NCBI GenBank assembly: GCA_043827405.1
Contig: JBDRPD010000083.1
Location: 212,025-276,024, forward strand
From: Elusimicrobiota bacterium
GTDB lineage: Bacteria > Elusimicrobiota > Elusimicrobia > UBA1565
DNA length: 64,000 nt
Direction: 5' to 3'
Shown: one piece after another, positions 28,587 to 38,054 of the stretch
How the letters are laid out: every line of letters begins with the position of its first letter
Position numbering within the stretch: position 1 is the first letter of the stretch
Made by a program: the position numbers and the translations under genes
Notes under the pieces: model-generated
The model's database searches: none
Told to the model about the DNA's origin: nothing
Seen by the model: only the letters and a program-made list of their open reading frames with translations

Positions 28587-29966
28587 ATGCAGCGGACAAT
28601 CTCGCCGATTGACGGCAAGGTCTGCGTCGAGCGCCCGCAGGCCTCGGCGCCGGAGATCGCGGCCGCCGTCGCTGCCGCCGAGGCGGCGCGCCCGGCCTGG
28701 CGCAGGGTTCCCATCGCTGAGAAGCAGGAGCAGCTCCGCGCCTTTGTCGGCGAGGTGCTCAAGCGCAAGGACGCCGTCGCCGAGGAGCTTACCCGGCAAA
28801 TGGGCCGCCCGATCCGCTACTCTCCCAAAGAGCTCGACGGCTTCGCCGACCGCGCCCGCCATATGATCGACATCGCGCCGCGGGCGCTGGCCGATATCCA
28901 GCTCGAAGAGAAAGCGGGCTTTACCCGCTTTATCCGCCGCGAGCCGCTGGGTACGGTGTTCGTCATCGCGCCCTGGAATTATCCGTTTCTCTGCTCGGTC
29001 AACTCGGTGGTGCCGGCGCTGATGGCCGGCAGTCCGGTGCTGCTCAAGCTCTCATCCCAGACCCCGCTGGTCGCCGAACGCTACAGCGAAGCCGCCGCAG
29101 CGGCTGGGCTGCCCAAGGGCGTGCTGCAGCACCTGCATTTAGGCCACGAGGACGTTTCGCGCCTGATCCAGGATCCCGCCGTCGGCTATGTGGCCTTCAC
29201 CGGTTCGGTGGAAGGCGGGCGCTCGGTGCACCGCGCCGCCGCCGAGCGCTTTATCGCCGCCGGGCTGGAGCTGGGCGGCAAGGACCCGGCCTATGTGCGG
29301 CCGGACGCCGATCTCGACCTCGCGGTGGAGACTTTGGTCGACGGCGCCTACTTCAACTCCGGACAGTCATGCTGCGGCATCGAGCGCATCTACGCGCACC
29401 GGGACGTCTATGACCGCTTTATCGACGGCTTCGTCGCGCTGACCAAGAAGTACGTGCTCGACGATCCCTTAAAACCCGAAGTCACGCTGGGGCCCATGGT
29501 GCGCGCCTCCGCCGCCAAGTTCGTGCGCGGGCAGGTGCGCGACGCGCTCGCCGCCGGCGCCAAGGCGCTCATCGACGAGAAGACTTTCCCCCGCAGCGAG
29601 GAAGGAACCGCCTATCTGGCGCCGCAGGTCCTGACCGGCGTCGACCATTCGATGGCGGTTATGTCGGAAGAGACCTTTGGACCGGTGGTCGGCATTATGC
29701 CGGTCGACTCGGATGAGGAAGCGGTGCGTCTGATGAACGACAGCCGGTACGGGCTGACCGCGGCGATCTTCACGCGCGACCAGGACAAGGCGGTCGAGAT
29801 CGGCGACCAGGTCGAGACCGGCACCTGGTTTATGAACCGCTGCGATTACCTGGACCCGGCTTTGGCCTGGACCGGAGTCAAGGATTCCGGGCGGGGCTGC
29901 ACCCTGTCGGCGGTCGGCTACGAACACCTGACGCGCCCCAAATCCTTCCACCTGAAGCGCGCCTAA
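28587..29966 (+). CDS. Aldehyde dehydrogenase family protein
   Basis: PWNYP, FTGS, LELGGKDP, FNSGQSCC, EETFGPV. Confidence 0.93.
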   Translation: MQRTISPIDGKVCVERPQASAPEIAAAVAAAEAARPAWRRVPIAEKQEQLRAFVGEVLKRKDAVAEELTRQMGRPIRYSPKELDGFADRARHMIDIAPRALADIQLEEKAGFTRFIRREPLGTVFVIAPWNYPFLCSVNSVVPALMAGSPVLLKLSSQTPLVAERYSEAAAAAGLPKGVLQHLHLGHEDVSRLIQDPAVGYVAFTGSVEGGRSVHRAAAERFIAAGLELGGKDPAYVRPDADLDLAVETLVDGAYFNSGQSCCGIERIYAHRDVYDRFIDGFVALTKKYVLDDPLKPEVTLGPMVRASAAKFVRGQVRDALAAGAKALIDEKTFPRSEEGTAYLAPQVLTGVDHSMAVMSEETFGPVVGIMPVDSDEEAVRLMNDSRYGLTAAIFTRDQDKAVEIGDQVETGTWFMNRCDYLDPALAWTGVKDSGRGCTLSAVGYEHLTRPKSFHLKRA

Positions 29967-29978
29967 GTCCCTCTAGTA

Positions 29979-30048
29979 AAGGTGCCAGGCAGGTTTACTA
30001 AAGCTGACGCAACCAGGCCGTTTGTTTAGTAAACCTGCCTGGCACCTT
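29979..30048. repeat. Perfect 24-bp inverted repeat with 22-nt spacer between convergent genes (REP/MITE-like or bidirectional terminator)
   Basis: AAGGTGCCAGGCAGGTTTACTAAA (29979-30002) and its exact reverse complement (30025-30048). Confidence 0.85.
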
Positions 30049-30057
30049 ATCTGAAGG

Positions 30058-31239
30058 TTATTCGTTGCTCATGTCGGCGCCCAGGTCTTCGAGCAGGTTG
30101 TTGACGTTGGCGCGCGGCTTGAAGGCTCCCTGCGAAAACTCTTCCAGCGCCTGCTGCGCCGTTTTCCGCACTCGCTGGTCTTTTTCATTTTTAAGCAGCT
30201 TCTCTATTTCCGCTTTGGCGTTGTGGTCGCCTATCGCGCCCAGCGCCTGCGCCGATACCGCGCGCACCAGCGGTTCTTTGTCGGTCAATAGGACGATCAG
30301 CGGTTCGACCGCGTCGGTGATGCCGAGGCGGCCCAGCGAGTGGGCGGCCGTGGCCCGCACCTTGGGGGCCGGGTCTTTGAGCGCCCGGAGAAGGTAGGGG
30401 ATGCTGGCGCGGTTAAAATCATCGCCCAGCTTGCGGGCGGCGAGGACCCGCTCTTCGGTGTCCTTGGACTTAAGCTGGAGCAGCCATTTGCGCGTATGTT
30501 TCGGGTGCTGCCTTTTGGGCGGCGTCGGTGCGTCGTCGCGGACGCGGTGTACCGGCATCGATTTGCAGGGTTCGGCGTTCTCGGGCCGCCGGAGCGCATT
30601 GCTGAAGAAGACGTCGAAAACGGAGAACTCCCGCATGACCTCCCGTCCGATATCCGTTTCGTATGCCTTGGGCCGCGAGCCGAGCATGGAAACGCTGTGG
30701 CTCAGCGACGCGCGCCAGACGGGCTTGCCGGTGTCGCTGGCGAACATTTGGGCTTCGGCGCTGCGCGCGAATTTTCCTTCCGTCGGCCAATAGCCGGAGA
30801 TGATCAGAGGGTCGCGCGACTTGAGCATCTGCGCTTCCATCTCTTTGCTGGCTTTGTGCAGGCGCTGATAGGTTCCTGTCCAGCCGGTCACCCCGTAAAC
30901 CAGGATGCCCAGCCGCGCTTGAGGTTTGGGCAGGTTCTCCAGCAGCCTTGTTATGCCGCGGCCGTCAGGGTAAACAATGCCGGAAGTGATGGTCTTGAGA
31001 GCCTGGTTGTGGCCCATTATCTCCCAGCAGCGGTAGTTCTGCCAGTTCTTTTCAAGCTCTTTAAGCAGCAGTTCCTGCTCCGTGGGGAAATCCGTGGGCG
31101 CGGCGATGATCATAATATGCGTTATCTTGGAGAAGGCGTTGTTGTCGAGTATTTTGCCCGGGATTTCCTCGATGTTCTTGCGGGCCGAAGCGGGGGCGGG
31201 GAGGGACAGCAGTAAAATTATTAGCCATGAGGACAGCAT
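30058..31239 (-). CDS. Exported protein with C-terminal HEAT (PBS lyase-like) repeats
   Basis: Signal peptide from ATG 31239; LKDPAPKVRATAAHSLG, LTDKEPLVRAVSAQALG. Confidence 0.75.
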   Translation of the reverse strand: MLSSWLIILLLSLPAPASARKNIEEIPGKILDNNAFSKITHIMIIAAPTDFPTEQELLLKELEKNWQNYRCWEIMGHNQALKTITSGIVYPDGRGITRLLENLPKPQARLGILVYGVTGWTGTYQRLHKASKEMEAQMLKSRDPLIISGYWPTEGKFARSAEAQMFASDTGKPVWRASLSHSVSMLGSRPKAYETDIGREVMREFSVFDVFFSNALRRPENAEPCKSMPVHRVRDDAPTPPKRQHPKHTRKWLLQLKSKDTEERVLAARKLGDDFNRASIPYLLRALKDPAPKVRATAAHSLGRLGITDAVEPLIVLLTDKEPLVRAVSAQALGAIGDHNAKAEIEKLLKNEKDQRVRKTAQQALEEFSQGAFKPRANVNNLLEDLGADMSNE

Positions 31240-31306
31240 AGGGGACAGTCTAGATAATTTGCGCGGCTGATAATTAGCTAGCCTATACCCGCGGCGCAGA
31301 ACCGAG

Positions 31307-32098
31307 GTGATGACTATGAGCTGTGAGACGATCCGCGTGGAACAGGACGGCAGGACGGCTGTGGTCTGGCTCAACCGGCCCAAGGTCCACAACGCTTTTA
31401 ACGATGTCATGATCCGCGAGCTGCGGGAGGCCTTTATCGGCTTCGCCGCCGACGCGAGCGTCCGTTCGGTTTTGCTTACCGGCGAGGGCAAGTCCTTTTG
31501 CGCGGGGGTGGACCTCAAGTGGCTCGGCGGCGGCCGGGAAGCTCCGTTCGAGAAGCATTTCGCAGAAACCTTGGACCTCTCGCGTATGTTTCGGGCCATC
31601 TATGATCTCGACAAGCCGGTTATCGCGGCCGTCAACGGTACGGCTCTGGGCGGCGGGGTGGGATTTCTCGGGGTTGCGGACATCGTTTACGCCGCCGAGG
31701 ACGCCATGCTCGGCCTCAGCGAGGTGAAGATCGGCGTGGTCCCCGCCTGCATCTCGCCCTACCTCTTTATTAAAAGCTCACAGCGCTCGCGGCTCAAGGA
31801 GCATTTTATCAGCGGCCGGCGCTTCTCCGCCGCTGAAGGGGAGCGGGCCGGCCTAATCGACTACGTGGTCGCGCGGGACCGCCTGTTGGAATCGGCGCTG
31901 GAGAAGGCGGCGGCCTTGCGCAACGCCGCGCCCTTGGCGCAGGGAATGTGCAAGCAGCTGTTTCGTGATGTCCCCGGCATGAGCCTCGATGAAGCCATGC
32001 GCCATACCGCCGAGGTGCTCGCCAGGCTGCGGACCGGGGATGAGGCGCGCCAAGGGATCGATGCCTTCTTCGCCAAGCGGGAGATCGACTGGCGTTAA
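31307..32098 (+). CDS. Enoyl-CoA hydratase/crotonase family (methylglutaconyl-CoA hydratase-like)
   Basis: LNRPKVHNAFN, SFCAGVDL, ALGGGVG, LSEVKIGVVPACISPY; exact start (31307/31310/31316) uncertain. Confidence 0.88.
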   Translation: MMTMSCETIRVEQDGRTAVVWLNRPKVHNAFNDVMIRELREAFIGFAADASVRSVLLTGEGKSFCAGVDLKWLGGGREAPFEKHFAETLDLSRMFRAIYDLDKPVIAAVNGTALGGGVGFLGVADIVYAAEDAMLGLSEVKIGVVPACISPYLFIKSSQRSRLKEHFISGRRFSAAEGERAGLIDYVVARDRLLESALEKAAALRNAAPLAQGMCKQLFRDVPGMSLDEAMRHTAEVLARLRTGDEARQGIDAFFAKREIDWR

Positions 32099-32103
32099 CT
32101 GGG

Positions 32104-34284
32104 ATGCGCACGAGAGAAGAGTTCGGGCCCAAACTGCTGCTGGCGCATGCCGCCATCTGCTGTCTGCTGGGGCTGGCGGCGATCGCGGCGGTCAATGTGA
32201 ATCCGCCGCGGGTCCCGGCGCGCCATGAGGCGCCGGAGCATCCGCTGGCCAAGCGCCTGGTGATCGTGCACCTCGACGCCCTGCGGCCGGACTTTGCCGG
32301 CGACCCCGCACTCATGCCCGTATTCAACCGGCTGGCCCGTGAAGGGGTGACGGGCATCACGCTGGCGCCGGCGGGGACCACAACCGGGCCCTCGATGCAA
32401 AGCATCATGACCGGCGAGCCGATGGCGCCGCCGGAGCTGATCTGGAACTTCTATGCGCCGGTGCGCTCGCCGTCGCACCTGCTGCCGATAGCGCACCAAG
32501 CGGGACGAAAAATCCATGCGGTAGGACCGCTGGTTAGCGCCAGCTTCCGATCGTATAGCTCCGGCGACGATGGCACTTGGCCGCACCGCATCTATCCGGG
32601 CAGCATGGACAGCGACCGCAAGACGCTGGCGACGGATCTTGAAATACTGAGAAAAGGGGAGTACTCGCTGCTCGTCACTCTGCTCGACTCCGCCGATCAC
32701 AGCGGGCATATCTACTCCCCCGCTTCCGAGCAGTACGCGGCGGATGTCCGCTACTACGATCAGGCGCTGGGCGAGATCGCCAAGCTCATCGATCCCAAGG
32801 ACACGGCGCTGTTTGTCTACGGCGATCACGGGATGGACGATGGCGGTCAGCACACGACTCGTCTGCCGGAGGTGGCCGAGCCGCGCTACCTGCTATGGGG
32901 TAAAGGTATTCGTAAAGGCGTCCGCCACGACCTGCGGCAGAAAGATCTGGCCGTCACCTTCGCCGAGATGCTCGGCCTGTCCGCGCCCTACGCCTCGCGC
33001 GGGCGGCTGGCGGTCGAGGCCTTCGACGTCAAGCCGGCGGACCGCGCCGACATGATGATCCGCAGCATGCGCCAGCGCACCTGGGTGCTGGCGGGCGACG
33101 CCGCCGGGCGGGGCTTGGTTAATACTCTTTCCACCGGGGAGTGGCATCGCCTGCACGGCGACGAGGAGAAAGTGCGCACGATCTTCCGGGACTTCGACGC
33201 CCAGTTCGCCGCCGCCGAAGACAAGATTTTTCTATCCCGCGCGCTCTTTCGCCGGGGCGCGATCGCGCTGCTGACGGTCTGCGCGCTCGGCATACTGGCG
33301 CTCGCTCTGCGCGGTCGGCGCGGCCTGCTGCCGCTGCTGGGCGCGGCTGCGGTTCTGCCCTGGCTGGCCCCGCTGCATCAAGCCTGCGATGGGGCGGCCT
33401 CCTTGGCCCGCGGCATCGCATGGCATCCGATCGCTGCGGCGGGGGGGGGCGCTGTTTTGTTTATTCCTTTGCTTTATTATTGGCTGCAGCCGGCGGCGGA
33501 CCGGCCGGTGAGGAACCCGTATGCCTGGTTGGGCGTCGGCATCGTGTCGCTGACCTTGGTCAGTCGTATCTGTGTCGGGGTCGTTCCATGGCAGGCGTTC
33601 TTTCTCGGCTCCACGGTGTTTACTATTGCCGGTTTGGCCGCCGCGCTCCGAATCCGTTCACCCGGGCTGCATGACAAGACCGCTTTGATCGCAAGCGTTC
33701 TGGTTTCCAACCTGGTCTATTTTAATTTCCGGGCTGAGATATTCACCGGCCTGTTCTTCTGTCTGCTTGTTCTGCTGCTGCGCGGCACGCTTCGCCGGTC
33801 CGGCGAGCCGCGCATGGGGGCTGTCGTCGCGGTCTATCTGGGAATGCGCCTTATGATCTATCTTGGACTAGGCAACGACTTTTCCGGCCGGCTGCATGAT
33901 CTGACCAGCTGTTTTCTGCTTTACGGCGATGGAGCCTACGACGTTCACAGCATGTTCCTTTCTGTATCCTCGCGGCTTTCTTTCCCGGATATTCTGCTGG
34001 TGACCATGCTGGCCTCCGTCATGCTGGAGCGAGCGTCCGCCAAAGAGCGTTTCGGGGACCTCGTCTGGCGTATTATGGCGTTCTTTGCGACCGCAACCGC
34101 GGCGGCGTTGCTGCGCCTAGAGTTCAGCCGTACCCAGCTCGACATGCCGTGGAGCGACAGCTATTTCGCCGCGACCATGCTCGGCTTCACCTGTCTGTTC
34201 TTCTGGTCGGAGCTGACGGCCTACTTGGCCTTTCGGCCCTTCCGCGTCACGGCCTCCACGTCTTCCGGCCCGCGGATAAAGTAG
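32104..34284 (+). CDS. Alkaline-phosphatase-superfamily membrane phosphotransferase resembling GPI ethanolamine-phosphate transferases
   Basis: N-terminal TM, VIVHLDALRPDF, TTTGP..QSIMTG, DHSGH, GDHGMDDGGQH, QKDLAVT, then about 10 TMs. Confidence 0.7.
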   Translation: MRTREEFGPKLLLAHAAICCLLGLAAIAAVNVNPPRVPARHEAPEHPLAKRLVIVHLDALRPDFAGDPALMPVFNRLAREGVTGITLAPAGTTTGPSMQSIMTGEPMAPPELIWNFYAPVRSPSHLLPIAHQAGRKIHAVGPLVSASFRSYSSGDDGTWPHRIYPGSMDSDRKTLATDLEILRKGEYSLLVTLLDSADHSGHIYSPASEQYAADVRYYDQALGEIAKLIDPKDTALFVYGDHGMDDGGQHTTRLPEVAEPRYLLWGKGIRKGVRHDLRQKDLAVTFAEMLGLSAPYASRGRLAVEAFDVKPADRADMMIRSMRQRTWVLAGDAAGRGLVNTLSTGEWHRLHGDEEKVRTIFRDFDAQFAAAEDKIFLSRALFRRGAIALLTVCALGILALALRGRRGLLPLLGAAAVLPWLAPLHQACDGAASLARGIAWHPIAAAGGGAVLFIPLLYYWLQPAADRPVRNPYAWLGVGIVSLTLVSRICVGVVPWQAFFLGSTVFTIAGLAAALRIRSPGLHDKTALIASVLVSNLVYFNFRAEIFTGLFFCLLVLLLRGTLRRSGEPRMGAVVAVYLGMRLMIYLGLGNDFSGRLHDLTSCFLLYGDGAYDVHSMFLSVSSRLSFPDILLVTMLASVMLERASAKERFGDLVWRIMAFFATATAAALLRLEFSRTQLDMPWSDSYFAATMLGFTCLFFWSELTAYLAFRPFRVTASTSSGPRIK

Positions 34285-35450
34285 CGGTAGGGGCCCCAGT
34301 CCACCCGGCGCCGGCCCAGCGAGGCGACGAAATTTACCAGGAAAAGCAGCTGTAATAACGGCGCGACTGCCGCCGCGGCCAGCGGCAGCGGCCGGAGGCC
34401 GGGATGCAGGTCGGTGAAGCGGTCCGGCAGGCGGTCCTCCAGCAGAGCGAAGATGACCAGCAGCGCGGCGGCGTCCATGGCGAAAAGCAGGAGCAGCAGC
34501 GGGACCGCCCGGTGAACCAAGCCCCAAACCAGGACGTAGGCCTTGAAGCCGGTTACGATCCAGCCCAGTATCCAGGAGGCCGCGCCGTAGACGCGGCAGC
34601 TTAGGATCCACTTGTTGAACACCTGCACGGTCTCGCGCCAGGAGCTGTCGTCGGGGGCGATGGGGATCGCGTCGGCCACGAAGCGCACGCTCTTGCTCCA
34701 GCCCCGCACGTGCCGGGCCAAGGCGAGGTCTTCCAGGAAGCAGCGCGACCACAGGCCGGCGACGTCCAAGGCGTCGAAGTCTTCTTTGCGCATTGCCAGA
34801 GTCTGTCCGGTGACCCCGCTGACCAGTTCAAAAAACGGCATGCAGAAGCCCATGAAGGTCATGCGCAGCAGCGGCGGCAGGCGCAGGCTGGTCGGCACGT
34901 AGAGCATCAGCGCCGTGGCCACGCCGACCCGCGGATCGGCCAGGGCGCCGACCAGCGCCCCCAGCCAGCCTCGCCGGACCCGGACATCGGCATCGGCGAA
35001 GACCAGCACCTCGACACCCGCGGGCAGGCGCTCAAGCGCGTGGAGGACGTCGATATTCTTGCCGGTGGTGCGCCGCGGGATCGCGCCGGAGGCCAGCAGG
35101 GTCGTACGACGCGGCGACCGCGCCAACAGCCCCAGCAGCTCGTCGTAGGCGGGATCGCTTTCCCGGGGCGTCACGAAGAGATAGTCCGTCTCGCCGCGGT
35201 AATCCTGGTTCAAGATTGAGCCGATATTTTCAGCGAAACCGGGCGCCAGCCCGGCGCAGGGGATGATTACCGCCGCGTGCGGGCGGTAGTCCGGTGGCGG
35301 CGGGATCTCGCCTCGCCGGCGGATGCGGAGCCAGAACCTGAAAATAAAAAACAGCTGCAGGCCGGCCATGATCAGGCAGCCGAGCGTCAGGTCGAATTGA
35401 TTGGGCAGCGGCATCGGTTGTTTAGGGAAGTCCCTTGAAAAATATAGCAA
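34221..35450 (-). CDS. GT2/GT21 glycosyltransferase (ceramide glucosyltransferase/HpnI-like)
   Basis: N-terminal TM, ILNQDY, GKN, VFADAD, LEDLAL, C-terminal TMs and VDWGPYRY; true start may be ATG 35414. Confidence 0.8.
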   Translation of the reverse strand: MLYFSRDFPKQPMPLPNQFDLTLGCLIMAGLQLFFIFRFWLRIRRRGEIPPPPDYRPHAAVIIPCAGLAPGFAENIGSILNQDYRGETDYLFVTPRESDPAYDELLGLLARSPRRTTLLASGAIPRRTTGKNIDVLHALERLPAGVEVLVFADADVRVRRGWLGALVGALADPRVGVATALMLYVPTSLRLPPLLRMTFMGFCMPFFELVSGVTGQTLAMRKEDFDALDVAGLWSRCFLEDLALARHVRGWSKSVRFVADAIPIAPDDSSWRETVQVFNKWILSCRVYGAASWILGWIVTGFKAYVLVWGLVHRAVPLLLLLFAMDAAALLVIFALLEDRLPDRFTDLHPGLRPLPLAAAAVAPLLQLLFLVNFVASLGRRRVDWGPYRYFIRGPEDVEAVTRKGRKAK

Positions 35451-35469
35451 TACCTGTAAACTATTTCCG

Positions 35470-37530
35470 ATGCCCCTCTATCGCGCCTTGCTGCTTCTAT
35501 GCCTGGTGCCGGCGCTTGTTTTCGGCGCCGAGCCCCCGGCTGAGCAGCTCAAGAAGAGCGCCGATCTTTTCGCGCCGGCCACTACCGAAAGCTTCCAGGA
35601 TTTTTCCGCCTATCGCGACAGTTTCCGCCTGCTCGGCTATGCGGTCGACCCGGAATCGAAGCGCCTGCTGACGCCTGACGGCAAGGAGCTTACGGTCGGC
35701 AAGCTGCAGTCCTTCTTTCAGCCGTTTAGCATTAGCGAGGAAGGCTTCGACTCTTTGCAGCGTAATCAACTCTACGGTGCCGGCTACCGTATAGACGATG
35801 CCGCCGGGGTGGTGCTGTCCCCGCAGACCAAGAAACCTGTCACGCGCTTTGAGATGATGCTGCTGCGCCGGCAGATCCAGCTGGCGGTTAAGCACGCCGC
35901 TCTGGAGCGGCTGAATCATCTGCTGGCGGGTCAGGATCCGGACAAGCCATTGTCCAAGGACGCTATGTCGCAGGTCCGGCAATTGATCGCCGGCCGCGAA
36001 AAGGATTTGCCCAAGGCGTTGCTCGATGCGCTGCAGGGCGCGCGAACGCTCAAAGCCGCCGCCGTGCAGCAGGCGGCGGAGAGCGCCTATACCGATTCCA
36101 CCCGCTTCTTCGACGGCTTCACCAGCTTGACCAAGCAGGCCGGTGCGGCGCTGCCGGTTATGGGCGAATGGAATGCGCCGCAGAAGGTGCCGGGCTACTT
36201 CGATTCGGAGGAAGCCAAGCTCGGGCGCGCTTTCGGCAAGGATTTCAGCAAACTGCTCGACGGTAATTCTTTCGGCCGGGAGCTCTATCGCGGGCTGCGG
36301 GGCAATGAGGGCAAAACCAGGTTCCCCGGTTTTATAATCATCAATTCCAATGCCGGGGATGATTCGGGCTATGGCGGCGCCTATGCCACCTATAATCCGA
36401 GCAACGACAAAATCCAGTTTGAGCTGATGGTCCTGCGCAGCAAGCTGCTGCAGCTGACTCCGGAGAAGGATCATGCGAAGCTCGCCAAGCAGCTCGCGGG
36501 ACCGCGCCGGATGATGCGCTATCTCAACAACAACCCCCAGGTGCGCCGGGACCTCGCCGACGCGCTGATTGTTCCCACGGTGCATGAGCTGACCCATGCC
36601 CTGCAGCAGCGCCGTGACGCGCTGAGCGTGGAGATAAACCGCGGCAATGCCGCGGGCGCCATTCCCATTGAATGGGAGCATGAGGCGAACCTTTCCGAGG
36701 TGCGGTTCATGCACGCCGAGCTGCTGCGCAACCCCGGTGCCGCGGTCCGGCGCGAGGAGTTTTACGAGTACCTATCCACTCTCACCGATTTTGACGCCTA
36801 TCGCGACGGCATCACGCGTACCTATCTGACCCAGTTCCCGCAGTTCGCCGCGACCTTGCCGACTATGAAGAAGCTGCAGCAGCAGCGCCTGAGCGTCGCC
36901 GAACGGCTGATGGGGGAGGGGGCGTATCAGTATGTGGCGCAGACCCTCAAGCGCTGGGGGCTGGGGCGCGGGAGCGCCGCGGTGGAAGAGCAGAAGACGG
37001 CGCATGCCCGGCGCATGGAGAAATTCACCGACGAGGAGTACCCGCGGATGCGCCAGGACGGCTACGGCTCGCTGGCGGAGCATTACCGCAAGCAGGGGCG
37101 TCCCGACAAGGAAATGAAGATCCTGCACGGCTGGAGCGCGGCGCTGGGCGCCGGGGCGCCCCCGGATACGCCGCAGCGCATAGCCAGCGCCGCCAAGAGC
37201 ACCGTGGGCTGGCTGACCTCCCGGCGGACCCAGGATGAGGTTTCCGGCGCGGACCGCGCCTGGGCCGTACAGAACCTCAATGCGCATTATGGGGGAAGTA
37301 TCCCGTGGCCCGAGGGCGTCGACCAGAATGCCGTTTACAGCGATATCTATGGGGACGCCGCCGAGGAGTTTCTCGCCAAGGCGCGCACCGCGGTCAATGA
37401 GCTGTGGCGCCGGCACTATTTAGAGTCCGTTGAAGCGTATCTTAAAGGCGTCGGCGACATGCCGCGCGCCATGCAGATCAAAAAAGAGATCGCGGCCCTG
37501 CGCGGGGTCAAGGCGGGGGCCGCCAAGTGA
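35470..37530 (+). CDS. Large exported protein with HEXXH zinc-metalloprotease motif
   Basis: Signal peptide from ATG 35470; VHELTHALQ with downstream WEHEA; promoter TTGAAA-N17-TAAACT. Confidence 0.65.
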   Translation: MPLYRALLLLCLVPALVFGAEPPAEQLKKSADLFAPATTESFQDFSAYRDSFRLLGYAVDPESKRLLTPDGKELTVGKLQSFFQPFSISEEGFDSLQRNQLYGAGYRIDDAAGVVLSPQTKKPVTRFEMMLLRRQIQLAVKHAALERLNHLLAGQDPDKPLSKDAMSQVRQLIAGREKDLPKALLDALQGARTLKAAAVQQAAESAYTDSTRFFDGFTSLTKQAGAALPVMGEWNAPQKVPGYFDSEEAKLGRAFGKDFSKLLDGNSFGRELYRGLRGNEGKTRFPGFIIINSNAGDDSGYGGAYATYNPSNDKIQFELMVLRSKLLQLTPEKDHAKLAKQLAGPRRMMRYLNNNPQVRRDLADALIVPTVHELTHALQQRRDALSVEINRGNAAGAIPIEWEHEANLSEVRFMHAELLRNPGAAVRREEFYEYLSTLTDFDAYRDGITRTYLTQFPQFAATLPTMKKLQQQRLSVAERLMGEGAYQYVAQTLKRWGLGRGSAAVEEQKTAHARRMEKFTDEEYPRMRQDGYGSLAEHYRKQGRPDKEMKILHGWSAALGAGAPPDTPQRIASAAKSTVGWLTSRRTQDEVSGADRAWAVQNLNAHYGGSIPWPEGVDQNAVYSDIYGDAAEEFLAKARTAVNELWRRHYLESVEAYLKGVGDMPRAMQIKKEIAALRGVKAGAAK

Positions 37531-38051
37531 GGCGCGTTATTCCGCTGCTGCTCGTCTTGGCATTCTGCGCCTGCGCCAAAGGCGGCGACGATGCGGCGTT
37601 ATACCGCGATCCCGCGGGGGGATTCGCCTTGCGCGGACCGGATTCCTGGCGCGTGCTGGAAAACCAGGGCGGCGCCCAGCGCGTTTCATTTTTTGGCCCG
37701 GCCGGCGGGCAGCAGCCTTTCGCGGCCATGATTTCGGTTTACTATTACGCTAAAGAGGGGAAGGGCTATGCCCGCCCGCAGAATTTCGCCGCCGCCAAAC
37801 AGGTCCTGGCTTTGGAGTCGACGCCGCTGCGCAAGATCAAGGTCAACGGCGCCGAGGCGCTGGAGTTCACCGTCAAGCGTCTTGGTGCGGCCGGTCATGG
37901 GCGCCTGCCCATCCCTCTGGACGAGCGTTCGGCGCTGGTCCCGACGGACCAAGGCTTTTTCGCTATCGTTTACTCCGCTCCCAGCGTGGTATCCGCCGAG
38001 AGCCTGCCGGCATTCGAGCAGGTCCTGCGCAGCTTCGAAGTCCTCGAGTAG
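37527..38051 (+). CDS. PsbP/DcrB-like lipoprotein
   Basis: Lipobox-like FCAC; YRDPAGGFAL..PDSW start, FEQVLRSFEV end. Confidence 0.6.
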   Translation: MRRVIPLLLVLAFCACAKGGDDAALYRDPAGGFALRGPDSWRVLENQGGAQRVSFFGPAGGQQPFAAMISVYYYAKEGKGYARPQNFAAAKQVLALESTPLRKIKVNGAEALEFTVKRLGAAGHGRLPIPLDERSALVPTDQGFFAIVYSAPSVVSAESLPAFEQVLRSFEVLE

Positions 38052-38054
38052 GCG

